Shown here in pieces: positions 30,158 to 39,436 of a DNA stretch of 64,000 bases. The stretch is taken from the NCBI GenBank assembly GCA_964633745.1, contig CAZWHZ010000001.1, forward strand, positions 6,406 through 70,405. The letters are read 5' to 3'. Position 1 is the first letter of the stretch. The number at the start of each line of letters is the position of its first letter. A program made the translations under genes and the position numbers. The stretch comes from an uncultured Acidimicrobiia bacterium. GTDB taxonomy: Bacteria > Actinomycetota > Acidimicrobiia > Spongiisociales > UBA4744. The notes under the pieces were generated by a model. That model made no database searches and had not been told where the DNA came from. It saw nothing but the letters and a program-made list of their open reading frames with translations.

Positions 30158-31311
30158 CGGTCACCTCGATCACGCGTGCGAGAGCTGCTCAAAGGGCCGT
30201 CGCGAAACGCCGGTCGGCCAATACTCGATTCACGGTGTTGCTGCTCATCCCGATCGCGCTGCTGACGGTCATCGGTCTCGGAGCGATCCGATCGGCGTCA
30301 TCGGTGATCAGCATCGAGAAGTACGGCAACGGGTGGACATACTTCAGCAAACAGGCCATCTGGGTCGGCGTCGGCATCGTCGTCGCGATCGTCGCATCCA
30401 AGATTCCCTACAAGGTGTACCGGCGGGCTGCGGTCCCGTTGTTGGTCGCGTCGATCGTCGGATTGATCCTCGTGTTGGAGGTTGGCGTCTCCGGTGGAGG
30501 ATCACGCCGATGGATCGCCGCCGGACCGGTGACCATCCAGCCTTCCGAGTTTGCGAAGTTCGCGGTCGTCGTGTTCCTCGCTGCGGTCTTCGAACGCAAG
30601 GAGCATCTGCTTGGCGACGTCTGGCACCTGCTCGTCCCACTCGGGGCCTCGGCGGGCATCTGCGGAATCCTGATCCTTCTGGAGCCTGATCTCGGCACGG
30701 CGCTTGTCGTCCTCGGGGGAGCGTTTGCCGTCGCCGCCGTGTCGGCAGCCCGCGCCCGGCACCTCTTGCTGGCCGGCGTCGGAGGGGGACTCGCTGCCAC
30801 ACTGCTCGCCGTAGCGTCGCCCTATCGGAGACAGCGCATCCTCTCCTTCCTTCACCCATTCGAAGACAGGCTTGGCTCCGGATGGCAGGTGATACAGAGC
30901 TACGTCGCCCTCGGAACAGGAGGTGCTTTCGGTGTCGGGCTGGGTGCAAGTCGGGCTCGGTGGTCATACCTGCCGAATGCTCACACCGACTTCATCTTCG
31001 CGATCATCGGCGAAGAGACCGGATTCGCCGGTGGTGTGATGGTGCTGCTCCTCTTCACCGTCATCGGAGTTGTCGGCTACCTGATCGCCATGCGTGCACC
31101 GGACAGGTTCGGGCGCATGCTTGCCGTCGGCATTGTCTCCTGGATATCACTTCAGGCGCTGGTGAATCTGGGCGGCGTCGTAGGACTGCTGCCGATCACC
31201 GGCATGCCTCTGCCGTTCATGTCGGTGGGCGGCAGCTCGATGATCACGGTATTCGGTGCGATCGGCGTGCTCCTCAACATCGCACGTAGCGGCGTCAACC
31301 CGAAGGCATGA
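30154..31311 (+). CDS. ftsW: peptidoglycan glycosyltransferase FtsW (SEDS family)
   Basis: 10-TM SEDS protein; ATGA overlap with murD; the upstream part of ORF 29770..31311 was rejected. Confidence 0.85.
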   Translation: MTVTSITRARAAQRAVAKRRSANTRFTVLLLIPIALLTVIGLGAIRSASSVISIEKYGNGWTYFSKQAIWVGVGIVVAIVASKIPYKVYRRAAVPLLVASIVGLILVLEVGVSGGGSRRWIAAGPVTIQPSEFAKFAVVVFLAAVFERKEHLLGDVWHLLVPLGASAGICGILILLEPDLGTALVVLGGAFAVAAVSAARARHLLLAGVGGGLAATLLAVASPYRRQRILSFLHPFEDRLGSGWQVIQSYVALGTGGAFGVGLGASRARWSYLPNAHTDFIFAIIGEETGFAGGVMVLLLFTVIGVVGYLIAMRAPDRFGRMLAVGIVSWISLQALVNLGGVVGLLPITGMPLPFMSVGGSSMITVFGAIGVLLNIARSGVNPKA

Positions 31312-32381
31312 GCTACGCGATCGCCGCGGCAGGCACCGGCGGCCACGTCTATCCGGGACTTGCCGTCGCCGAGGAACTCGTTCGAGCCGGTGTCGCGAGG
31401 CAGGACATCCTCTTCGTCGGGGGAGACAGGCTCGAGGCGAGGGTCTATCCGGAGAGTGGTTTCCCGTTTCTCGGTGTCAGGCTCCAGAGCCTCAAGAGGA
31501 ACCTGTCGATCGACAACCTCCGACTCCCCGGTGTGTTACGAGCTGCCGTCAGACAGGTGAGGGGTGCACTTCGAGAACGCGATGTACGTGTCGTCCTTGG
31601 AATGGGGTCTTATGTGACAGTGCCCGTTGCGTGGGCTTCTCACAGAGAGCACATACCATTCTTCCTGCATGAACAGAACGGCGACGCGGGTCTCGCCAAC
31701 AAGGTGATGTCGCGATGGGCGGTCACCACCTTCGTCGCTCTCGACGGCACTCGCGGGGTGCTTAGACCGGAGAAGGTCGGCAACCCTATCCGACGGAAGT
31801 TCGCGGAGTATCGACGTGCGGACCTTCGGCACGAGGCCCTCGCGCGGTATGGGATCGAACCGGGAAACGTTGTTGTCGGGGTGTTCGGCGGCAGCCTGGG
31901 AGCGGGCGTCATCAACGACGCGGTGGTGCACATGGCCATGAGCTGGACGGGTTCCGACGTAGCGTTGCTCCACCTGGTGGGGGAGCGGAATGTGGGGAAC
32001 ATCGACACAACAGGCTCCCGTGTACCGTGGATCGTCGTGGGCTATGAACAGTCGATGGAGTACTTCTACGCGGCAAGCGACCTCGTCATCGCGCGCGCTG
32101 GAGGCGTGGCGATCGCCGAGCTGACCGCGACCCACACTCCGTCCGTGCTCATCCCGGGCGAGTTCGGTGGCGGGCATCAGTCGGCCAACGCCGCCGCAAT
32201 GGAACAGGCAGGGGCTGCAGTGTTCTTGCCGGAGACCAGGATCGGAGAGCTGAGTGGAATCGTTGCCCGGCTGGTCGACGATGCCCAGGCTCGCAAAGCG
32301 ATGGCGCAATCGGCGGACGCCATTGCCCTCACCGACGCAGCTTCCCGCATCGCTGCCCGACTCATCGACGCTCATGGTTGA
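31308..32381 (+). CDS. murG: undecaprenyldiphospho-muramoylpentapeptide beta-N-acetylglucosaminyltransferase
   Basis: GTGGHVYP N-terminal motif; GT28 family. Confidence 0.9.
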   Translation: MSYAIAAAGTGGHVYPGLAVAEELVRAGVARQDILFVGGDRLEARVYPESGFPFLGVRLQSLKRNLSIDNLRLPGVLRAAVRQVRGALRERDVRVVLGMGSYVTVPVAWASHREHIPFFLHEQNGDAGLANKVMSRWAVTTFVALDGTRGVLRPEKVGNPIRRKFAEYRRADLRHEALARYGIEPGNVVVGVFGGSLGAGVINDAVVHMAMSWTGSDVALLHLVGERNVGNIDTTGSRVPWIVVGYEQSMEYFYAASDLVIARAGGVAIAELTATHTPSVLIPGEFGGGHQSANAAAMEQAGAAVFLPETRIGELSGIVARLVDDAQARKAMAQSADAIALTDAASRIAARLIDAHG

Positions 32382-33717
32382 ACTGACAGGGCACGTGCAC
32401 ATCATTGGAGTCGGAGGTTCGGGGATGAGCGCACTCGCCCGGCTCCTCAGGGGGCTGGGACACGACGTGACCGGCTCGGATCTCCACGCAGGCAGCATGC
32501 TCGATCGCCTCTCCGAAGCCGGCATTCATACGTGGGCAGGTCACCGACCCGACGCTATCCGATCGGCGGACTTCGTCGTGGCCTCATCGGCCGTCCCTGA
32601 GACCGATCCTGAGCGCCGGGCAGCCGAAGGCATGGGCATCCCTGTCTGGGACCGGCCCCAGTTGCTCGACGCCCTCACCGATCAGATACCGACGATCGGG
32701 GCGACGGGCACGCACGGCAAGACCACCTCGACCGGCATGATGCTCTTCGCGGTGAGAGGCGCAGGATTCGATCCGTCTTTCGTTGTCGGGGGTGAGCTCA
32801 TCGGCCCCGAAACCAACGCTGGAGTCGGAGGAGATGACCTGTTGGTGCTCGAGGTAGACGAGGCGTTCGGCACGTTTCTGGGACTGCACGTGCGAGGGTT
32901 GCTTGTCACCAACATCGAAGCGGACCATCTCGACTACTACCAGACGGTCGAAAGATTGGAAGATGCGTTCATCGACGTCGTGGAGCGAGTCGAGGGACCA
33001 GTGGTTCTCTGTGAGGACGACCCCGGAGCACAGAAGGTCGCACGTCGCACCCACAGGCCGACATACGGCCTCTCGACCGGGGCGGCCTGGCAGATCAGCG
33101 ATCTCGAAGTGACCGGGTCGCGGGTGCGGTTCCGGTTCGAAGGCAGGCCAGTGGTCGTCGAGAGGCCGGGTGTGCACATCGCGAGAAACGCCGCCGGAGT
33201 GCTCGCGCTCGTCAGCGAACTTGGCATGGACATAGACACTGCGATCGAAGGGCTCAGGGCGTTTCGAGGCGTGAGGCGGCGTTTCGAGTTCATTGGCGAA
33301 GCGGCGGGCGTGACCGTCGTCGACGACTACGCGCATCATCCGACAGAGCTCGCCGCGACCCTCGAAGCCGCCCGCCATGGTGAGTGGAGGAGAGTGTGGG
33401 CTGTGTTTCAGCCACATCGCTACACCCGAACGCTCGATCTGTATCGAGCATTCGGCACCGCGTTCGCTTCCGCCGACGAAGTGGTCATCACGGACGTGTA
33501 CGCAGCCGGCGAGCCGCCGATCTCCGAGGTGAGCGGAGAACTGATCGCCGATGCCGTTCGTGAACATCGATCGCGTGTGTCGTACGTGCCCAGTCGAGGA
33601 GACCTTGCCGCATTCGTCGCAGATGCCGTTCAGGAGGGGGACCTCGTCATGACGCTCGGCGCAGGAGACATTGCCGACCTGGGCGCAGAACTCATCGACT
33701 TGTTGGAGCGACGATGA
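32374..33717 (+). CDS. murC: UDP-N-acetylmuramate--L-alanine ligase
   Basis: IGVGGSGMSALA... and GTHGKTTST motifs. Confidence 0.9.
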   Translation: MVELTGHVHIIGVGGSGMSALARLLRGLGHDVTGSDLHAGSMLDRLSEAGIHTWAGHRPDAIRSADFVVASSAVPETDPERRAAEGMGIPVWDRPQLLDALTDQIPTIGATGTHGKTTSTGMMLFAVRGAGFDPSFVVGGELIGPETNAGVGGDDLLVLEVDEAFGTFLGLHVRGLLVTNIEADHLDYYQTVERLEDAFIDVVERVEGPVVLCEDDPGAQKVARRTHRPTYGLSTGAAWQISDLEVTGSRVRFRFEGRPVVVERPGVHIARNAAGVLALVSELGMDIDTAIEGLRAFRGVRRRFEFIGEAAGVTVVDDYAHHPTELAATLEAARHGEWRRVWAVFQPHRYTRTLDLYRAFGTAFASADEVVITDVYAAGEPPISEVSGELIADAVREHRSRVSYVPSRGDLAAFVADAVQEGDLVMTLGAGDIADLGAELIDLLERR

Positions 33718-34595
33718 GCCTTTGGGACGACATCGCCGAACGGGATGTGCCGCTGGCCCCTCTCACCACCTACAAGCTGGGTGGTGCAGCCCGTCACCTC
33801 GCCACAGCCGAGCACGCCCGTGATCTCTTGCGGATCGCTCACCTCCTGAAGGAAGAACCCGTTCCGGTCGTCGTGCTCGGGAGGGGAAGCAACGTCCTCG
33901 TGTCGGATCGGGGTTTCGACGGAGTGGTCGTTCGACTGGGCACAGGGTTTTCCTGGGTGGACATCGGCGAGAACGTCGCCTCGGGATCGGCTACGCCGCT
34001 GCCACTGCTTGCTCGGACAGCAGCGAAGGCAGGCAGGTCGGGTCTGGAGTTCTACGTAGGGATCCCGGGATCGGTGGGAGGCGCGGTGATGATGAATGCT
34101 GGATGCCACGGATCCGACACCAAGGATGTTCTCCTGACGGTGGAGATCGTCGACCTCGGCGACGCTACGAGACAGCAGGTCGATGCTGCCGCGCTGGACC
34201 TCTCATACCGTCACTCCAATCTCGGTCCGCTCCAGGTAGTCGTGCATGCCGTCTTCGCGAGCGAGGCCGGTGACCCGAGTGTGTGTGAGCATCGCATTCG
34301 TGAGATCACTCGCTGGCGCAAGGCCCATCAGCCCGGGGGGGTCCTCAACGCCGGAAGCGTCTTCAAGAACCCGCCTGGCGACAGCGCAGGTCGTCTCATC
34401 GACAGAGCCGGTCTCAAGGGGCTCACCGTGGGTGGTGCTCGCGTCTCCCCTCTGCATGCGAACTTCATCGAGGCCGGACGAGACGCAACCGCGCGAGACG
34501 TGTACCGGCTCATTCGGAGCGTGCAAGCGACGATGGGGGAGCACGGCGTTCACCTCGAACCTGAAGTGCGACTTCTCGGCAACTTCGAGGACTGA
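33714..34595 (+). CDS. murB: UDP-N-acetylenolpyruvoylglucosamine reductase
   Basis: FAD-binding ..LGRGSNVLV.. motif; ATGA overlap with murC. Confidence 0.9.
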   Translation: MSLWDDIAERDVPLAPLTTYKLGGAARHLATAEHARDLLRIAHLLKEEPVPVVVLGRGSNVLVSDRGFDGVVVRLGTGFSWVDIGENVASGSATPLPLLARTAAKAGRSGLEFYVGIPGSVGGAVMMNAGCHGSDTKDVLLTVEIVDLGDATRQQVDAAALDLSYRHSNLGPLQVVVHAVFASEAGDPSVCEHRIREITRWRKAHQPGGVLNAGSVFKNPPGDSAGRLIDRAGLKGLTVGGARVSPLHANFIEAGRDATARDVYRLIRSVQATMGEHGVHLEPEVRLLGNFED

Positions 34596-34597
34596 TC

Positions 34598-35341
34598 ATG
34601 GACCCGCGGATCGAACGACGGCGACGCACGGTCAGGGAGAACACCCTGCATCGAAGGTTGAGGACGATCCTGTGGGTGTGTGTGCTGGGCGCGTTGGTCG
34701 GGGTTGGGGCCTGGTTCGTGCAGTCCCCGCTGCTCGAGGTTCGCACCATCGGCATCTACGGTGTCGAACGATCCGCGGTTGCCCAGACCCTGCAAGAAGC
34801 AGGCGTCGCACAGGGTGCTCCTATGGTCAAGGTTCGTGCGGGGAAGCTGGAGGCTCTCCTGGAGGAAGATCCGTGGGTTGTCGCCGCGCGCGTGCAGCGC
34901 ACATTCCCACACACGGTCGAGGTCGATGTCGTGGAGCGATCCATCGCAGCCGGGGTGACATACCGTGGCGGATGGATGTTGCTGTCGACCGATGGCATCG
35001 TGCTCGGTCCCGCGACTTCCACGCCTGAGGGGAGCGCGCGACTCCTCATGGAGAACCTCGATCCTGGTCCGGTGGGGGAGCCGCCCGAGAATGACATGAT
35101 CGCGGGCGCCCTCGAATTCGCGGACACGCTCGGGACCGATCTCCGCGGGCAGGTGGAGGTCGCAGTCCGCGAAGGCGAACTGTGGGCGAACATCGGCACG
35201 GTGTCCGTCCGGCTCGGGGCTCCTCTCGACATGGCTGCAAAGGCCAAGGCCCTGGAGGCCTTGATGGATGCCGGTGTCCCAGACGATGCGGTCATCAACT
35301 TGATTGCACCGTCCCGACCGGCAGTCCAAAGCTCTAGTTGA
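34598..35341 (+). CDS. ftsQ: cell division protein FtsQ (POTRA domain)
   Basis: position before ftsZ; single TM followed by a POTRA-like region. Confidence 0.7.
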   Translation: MDPRIERRRRTVRENTLHRRLRTILWVCVLGALVGVGAWFVQSPLLEVRTIGIYGVERSAVAQTLQEAGVAQGAPMVKVRAGKLEALLEEDPWVVAARVQRTFPHTVEVDVVERSIAAGVTYRGGWMLLSTDGIVLGPATSTPEGSARLLMENLDPGPVGEPPENDMIAGALEFADTLGTDLRGQVEVAVREGELWANIGTVSVRLGAPLDMAAKAKALEALMDAGVPDDAVINLIAPSRPAVQSSS

Positions 35342-35412
35342 AGGTGAAGGCAAAGCCGGTGGCGGAAGGTCTACAGTAACCTAAAGTTGCGATAGAGAGT
35401 GAGGTGTCGAGA

Positions 35413-36444
35413 ATGGCGTCAACATCACCACAGAGCTATCTGGCGGTCATCAAGGTGGTCGGCGTCGGTGGCGGCGGAGTCAACGCCGTCAACCGAATGG
35501 TCGAGGCCGGTGTGCGAGGAGTCGAGTTCATCGCGGTCAATACAGACGCGCAGACGTTGTTGATGTCCGATGCAGACGTCAAACTGGATCTCGGTAGGGA
35601 TATCACGAGGGGACTCGGTGCGGGTGCCGATCCGGACGTGGGGCGCTCCGCCGCGGAGAGCCACAGGGAGGAGATCGAAGAAATCCTCCGTGGGGCGGAC
35701 ATGGTGTTCGTGACCGCGGGTGAGGGTGGGGGCACCGGAACGGGTGCTGCCCCGATCGTGGCAGAGATCGCCAAGGCGGGGGGCGCGTTGACGGTTGGTG
35801 TCGTAACGAGGCCGTTCGGCTTCGAGGGGCGACGCCGGTCTCTCCAAGCGGAGCAGGGAATCCAGAACCTTCGGGAGGCGGTGGATACGCTGATCGTGAT
35901 TCCGAATGATCGCCTCATGGAGCTCACCGATCCCAAGACGCCAATGATCGTGGCGTTCAGGATGGCCGACGAGGTGCTCACGGGTGGCGTGGCGGGGATC
36001 ACCAACCTGATTACCACACCGGGGCTCATCAATGTCGACTTCGCCGACGTGCGGACGATTCTCACGGATGCGGGGACTGCCGTGATGGGAATCGGCCGTT
36101 CTTCAGGAGAAGGACGTGCGGCGCAGGCGGCACAGCGTGCGACTTCGAGCGGTCTGCTGGAGACCTCCATGGAGGGCGCCCGAGGAGTCCTCTTGATGGT
36201 TGCGGGTCCTGAGGACATGACGCTCCACGAAGTCAACGACGCGGCGGTCTTGGTCAAAGACAAGAGTGACAACGAGGCGGACATCATCTTCGGCGCCGTG
36301 GTCGACAGCGCCCTTGGAGACGAGATCCGTGTCACGGTCATCGCTGCAGGTTTCGACCGTACCCGCAAGGTGACAGGGCTGGCCTCCGGCAGGTTCACCA
36401 GTGGCGAGGACGACGATCTGATCCCGAGCTTCGTACAGGGATGA
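35413..36444 (+). CDS. ftsZ: cell division GTPase FtsZ
   Basis: GGGTGTG tubulin signature; NTDAQ. Confidence 0.95.
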   Translation: MASTSPQSYLAVIKVVGVGGGGVNAVNRMVEAGVRGVEFIAVNTDAQTLLMSDADVKLDLGRDITRGLGAGADPDVGRSAAESHREEIEEILRGADMVFVTAGEGGGTGTGAAPIVAEIAKAGGALTVGVVTRPFGFEGRRRSLQAEQGIQNLREAVDTLIVIPNDRLMELTDPKTPMIVAFRMADEVLTGGVAGITNLITTPGLINVDFADVRTILTDAGTAVMGIGRSSGEGRAAQAAQRATSSGLLETSMEGARGVLLMVAGPEDMTLHEVNDAAVLVKDKSDNEADIIFGAVVDSALGDEIRVTVIAAGFDRTRKVTGLASGRFTSGEDDDLIPSFVQG

Positions 36445-37052
36445 CGTGCCGAGGGGCTGCGTTCAGCACGGCCGACAACGGTGATCTCAAAGCGGATGGA
36501 CCGGAGAGGCGCGCGTTTTCGGCGCACCTGAACATACCGGAGGCGTGGGCAACGGTTCGGCAGGTTCATGGGACAGACGTCGCGCGGGTCGATGGACAAG
36601 GGAATGCCGGAGACGCAGACGCGCTCTTCACGACGCGGCGCGAACTGCCACTGGCGGTCTTCACTGCCGACTGCTTCAGTGTCGCCCTGCTGGGGCCCAA
36701 AGGCGTGGGTATCGCTCATGCCGGGTGGCGTGGGGCTTCGGGCGGCGTTGTCGCTGCCCTGCGCCGGGCTATGGAAGTCGTCGGTGCGATTCCCGAACGA
36801 GCGTGTATCGGTCCGGGTATCCGGTCCTGCTGTTTCGAAGTGGGCCCCGAGGTGCTCGCTCGCTTCGACGGGTACCATGCCGAGACCACCTGGGGAACAC
36901 CCAGCGTCGACATCGTGAGCGCAATTCGTGACGAACTCACGGGGTTGGACATCATCGAGGTAGGTCGGTGCACCCGTTGCGGCGGTGAATACTTCTCACA
37001 TCGCCTGGACGGCACCAGCGAAAGGATGGCAGGCGTCACATGGCTCGAGTGA
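36441..37052 (+). CDS. pgeF: peptidoglycan editing factor PgeF (YfiH/laccase-domain, DUF152)
   Basis: ..HAGWRG.. and C..C motifs; ATGA overlap with ftsZ. Confidence 0.8.
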   Translation: MTCRGAAFSTADNGDLKADGPERRAFSAHLNIPEAWATVRQVHGTDVARVDGQGNAGDADALFTTRRELPLAVFTADCFSVALLGPKGVGIAHAGWRGASGGVVAALRRAMEVVGAIPERACIGPGIRSCCFEVGPEVLARFDGYHAETTWGTPSVDIVSAIRDELTGLDIIEVGRCTRCGGEYFSHRLDGTSERMAGVTWLE

Positions 37053-37717
37053 AGCTCACCGAGGTGGAGCAGCGAATCGGGGAAGCCGTGGCTCGATCGG
37101 GTCGCAAACGGTCCGACGTGACCCTCGTGGCCATCGGCAAGAGCCAACCGACATCTGTGCTTCTCGCGGCGTATGACCTCGGACATCGGGTGTTCGGCGA
37201 GAACAGAGCGCAAGAACTCGCTGCCAAGGCATCCGAGCTTCCAAACGACATCGAGTGGCACTTCGTAGGACACCTTCAGCGAAACAAGATTCGCCACGTG
37301 CGCCCAATCGTGAAGCTTCTTCACTCCGTGGATTCGGTGCAACTAGGTACCGAATGGTTGAAGGGCCCGGACCTCGCGCCTCCGGTATTGGTCGAGGTGA
37401 ACATCGGAGCAGAACCGCAGAAGCCGGGTGTTCCCGTTCCTGAAGTCGCGCGGGTCGTCGATACTCTGGTGGAGCTGGGTGTCGACGTGCGTGGACTCAT
37501 GGCTGTGCCACCTTTGACCGAGGATCCGGAGACTGTCCGGTCGTTCTTCCGGGACCTGCGCCGTCTGAGGGATCGGATCGCCGACACGCGGCCGACCGTC
37601 ACGGAACTGTCAATGGGTATGAGTCACGACTTCGAGGTCGCGATCGAAGAGGGATCAACGATGATACGCGTGGGACAGGCTATCTTTGGTCCCCGCATGA
37701 CACAGGGGACCGTATGA
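37040..37717 (+). CDS. YggS-family pyridoxal phosphate homeostasis protein
   Basis: alanine-racemase N-terminal-like TIM barrel; ..VGHLQRNK.. motif. Confidence 0.85.
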   Translation: MARVKLTEVEQRIGEAVARSGRKRSDVTLVAIGKSQPTSVLLAAYDLGHRVFGENRAQELAAKASELPNDIEWHFVGHLQRNKIRHVRPIVKLLHSVDSVQLGTEWLKGPDLAPPVLVEVNIGAEPQKPGVPVPEVARVVDTLVELGVDVRGLMAVPPLTEDPETVRSFFRDLRRLRDRIADTRPTVTELSMGMSHDFEVAIEEGSTMIRVGQAIFGPRMTQGTV

Positions 37718-38214
37718 GTTCGATGTTCCAGAAGGCGCTGCTGTACCTGGGGCTGGTCGATGAGGAGAACCTCGACGAGGAAGAGCCTCAGGCAGCCGCT
37801 ATCGCCGGGCCGCCCCTGCAATCGAGTATCCGAACAGTGACGCCGACCGAGGCACCGTTCCGGGGTCGCCGGGTCGAGCCTCCGGGGGAGTTCGGGTACG
37901 GGTCCTCGGTGCGGGCAGCGACCAGAGACGAGTTGCGAGCCGATGTGGTCGCGGCCATCACTTTCGACGACGCCAAGGCTCTCGCGGATCGCATCAGGAG
38001 CCGCAGGCCCGTCGTTCTGAACATGCGCGACACCGATCCCGACATGGTTCGTCGTCTGATCGACTTCGCCAGTGGACTCACCTACGGATTGGACGGCACG
38101 ATGAGCAAGATCGCAGAAGGTGTGATTCTCGTTCTGCCGCATGGGATGTCTCTTGGACGATCCGAAATGCAACGACTGTCCGAGTTGGGGTTCTACGCGT
38201 TGGACGACGCGTAG
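37714..38214 (+). CDS. sepF: cell division protein SepF
   Basis: N-terminal MFQKALLYLGLVD and C-terminal SepF domain. Confidence 0.85.
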   Translation: MSSMFQKALLYLGLVDEENLDEEEPQAAAIAGPPLQSSIRTVTPTEAPFRGRRVEPPGEFGYGSSVRAATRDELRADVVAAITFDDAKALADRIRSRRPVVLNMRDTDPDMVRRLIDFASGLTYGLDGTMSKIAEGVILVLPHGMSLGRSEMQRLSELGFYALDDA

Positions 38215-38469
38215 ATGAACTTGTTGTGCAACCTGATCTTCCTGTACGAGCTGGTTGTGTTCGCGCGCATTCTTCTCGATTGGATTCAGCTTCCCTACGG
38301 ACATCCGGTCGCGAAGCTTCGCGACGGTCTCTCCGTGGTGGTGGATCCGGTACTGCGCCCGATCCGGAAGGTGATACCGCCGCTTCGGCTCGGTGGGGTG
38401 GGGTTGGATTTGTCGCCTCTCGTGCTCCTGGTGGCGCTGTCACTGCTTCAGGGAATCGTGTGCCGCTAG
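38215..38469 (+). CDS. YggT-family membrane protein
   Basis: 84 aa, two TM helices; conserved position after sepF. Confidence 0.8.
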   Translation: MNLLCNLIFLYELVVFARILLDWIQLPYGHPVAKLRDGLSVVVDPVLRPIRKVIPPLRLGGVGLDLSPLVLLVALSLLQGIVCR

Positions 38470-38529
38470 TTTCAGGATTGGCACGGTGATCCGGGCTATC
38501 CTGCCTTTGGACGACGAGAGGTGATGCCA

Positions 38530-39219
38530 ATGGCGCTGAGCGCTATCGAGATCGAACAGAAGACGTTTCGTGTAGCCCTCAGAGGCTATGCCGAGGAGGA
38601 AGTCGATGCCTTCCTCGATGAGATCATCTCCACGGTACGTTCGTTCGAACAGCAACTCCAGGAATCCCGCGGCCGCATGGCGGATCTCGAGTCGAGAGTG
38701 ACTGACACTCACGACTCCGAGGAGCGCATCACGCGCACGCTGGTGCTCGCGCAGAAGACCGCCGACGAGGTCGTGCGCGAAGCTCGGTTCGAGGCACAGC
38801 AGATCCTCTCGCAGGCGCGCCTCGATGCTTCTGAGATCGAATCCGAGCATGCCGGCAAGAAGGAGAGACTCGGGTCAGAGGTGCAGACGCTCCAAAGTGC
38901 CGTCGCCGAACTGCGTGCCCATGTGAAGGGCCTGACAGACCGACTGCTCGCACAGGTCGACGAGGCCGAGTCTGCGATGGATGGAATCGTGCCGGCCGAG
39001 ATGGAACCGGCCGAGATGGAGGCTGCCGAGATGGAGCCTGCCGAGACCATTGTCGAAAGTGGCTTCACCGAGGAAGTCGCATATGTCGAGGACACGATGG
39101 ATGAGGGGTTCCCGGTTGATGTCGAGGACATCGATGACGAGGTCGACGACGATGAGGCCCAAGCCGGCGAGGTGTATCTCGGCTCCGACCGGCGGCCCTG
39201 GGAACGCTACGGCGACTAG
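38530..39219 (+). CDS. divIVA: DivIVA (Wag31-like) polar growth/division protein
   Basis: LSAIEIEQKTFRVALRGYAEEEVDAFLDE N-terminal DivIVA domain; coiled coil; acidic C-terminus with EMEPA repeats. Confidence 0.85.
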   Translation: MALSAIEIEQKTFRVALRGYAEEEVDAFLDEIISTVRSFEQQLQESRGRMADLESRVTDTHDSEERITRTLVLAQKTADEVVREARFEAQQILSQARLDASEIESEHAGKKERLGSEVQTLQSAVAELRAHVKGLTDRLLAQVDEAESAMDGIVPAEMEPAEMEAAEMEPAETIVESGFTEEVAYVEDTMDEGFPVDVEDIDDEVDDDEAQAGEVYLGSDRRPWERYGD

Positions 39220-39436
39220 GCGGGCTCCGCCCGCGGTCTTCGGTCTTCAGTCATCGGCCTGCTGCACGCGGCCGCATCTATTGCGAGAGGTCTGGGTGGC
39301 TGGACTTGCACGTCACAGCTGCGTTCTTGCTGGGAACTGACCATCCGTCGGGACGAAGGAGCCGTCAAACTCAGATCTCGTTCACTTCTCAGCGAGAACC
39401 TGATCGACAACCGAGAACGGCTCGCGAAGCGCCCTA
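39217..39436. repeat. pair of face-to-face TAG-anchored hairpin/heptad elements between divIVA and ileS
   Basis: left copy TAGGCGGGCTCCGCCCGC + (CGGTCTT)x2; right copy is the reverse complement of TAGGGCGCTTCGCGAGCCGTTCTCGGTTGTCG. Confidence 0.6.
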
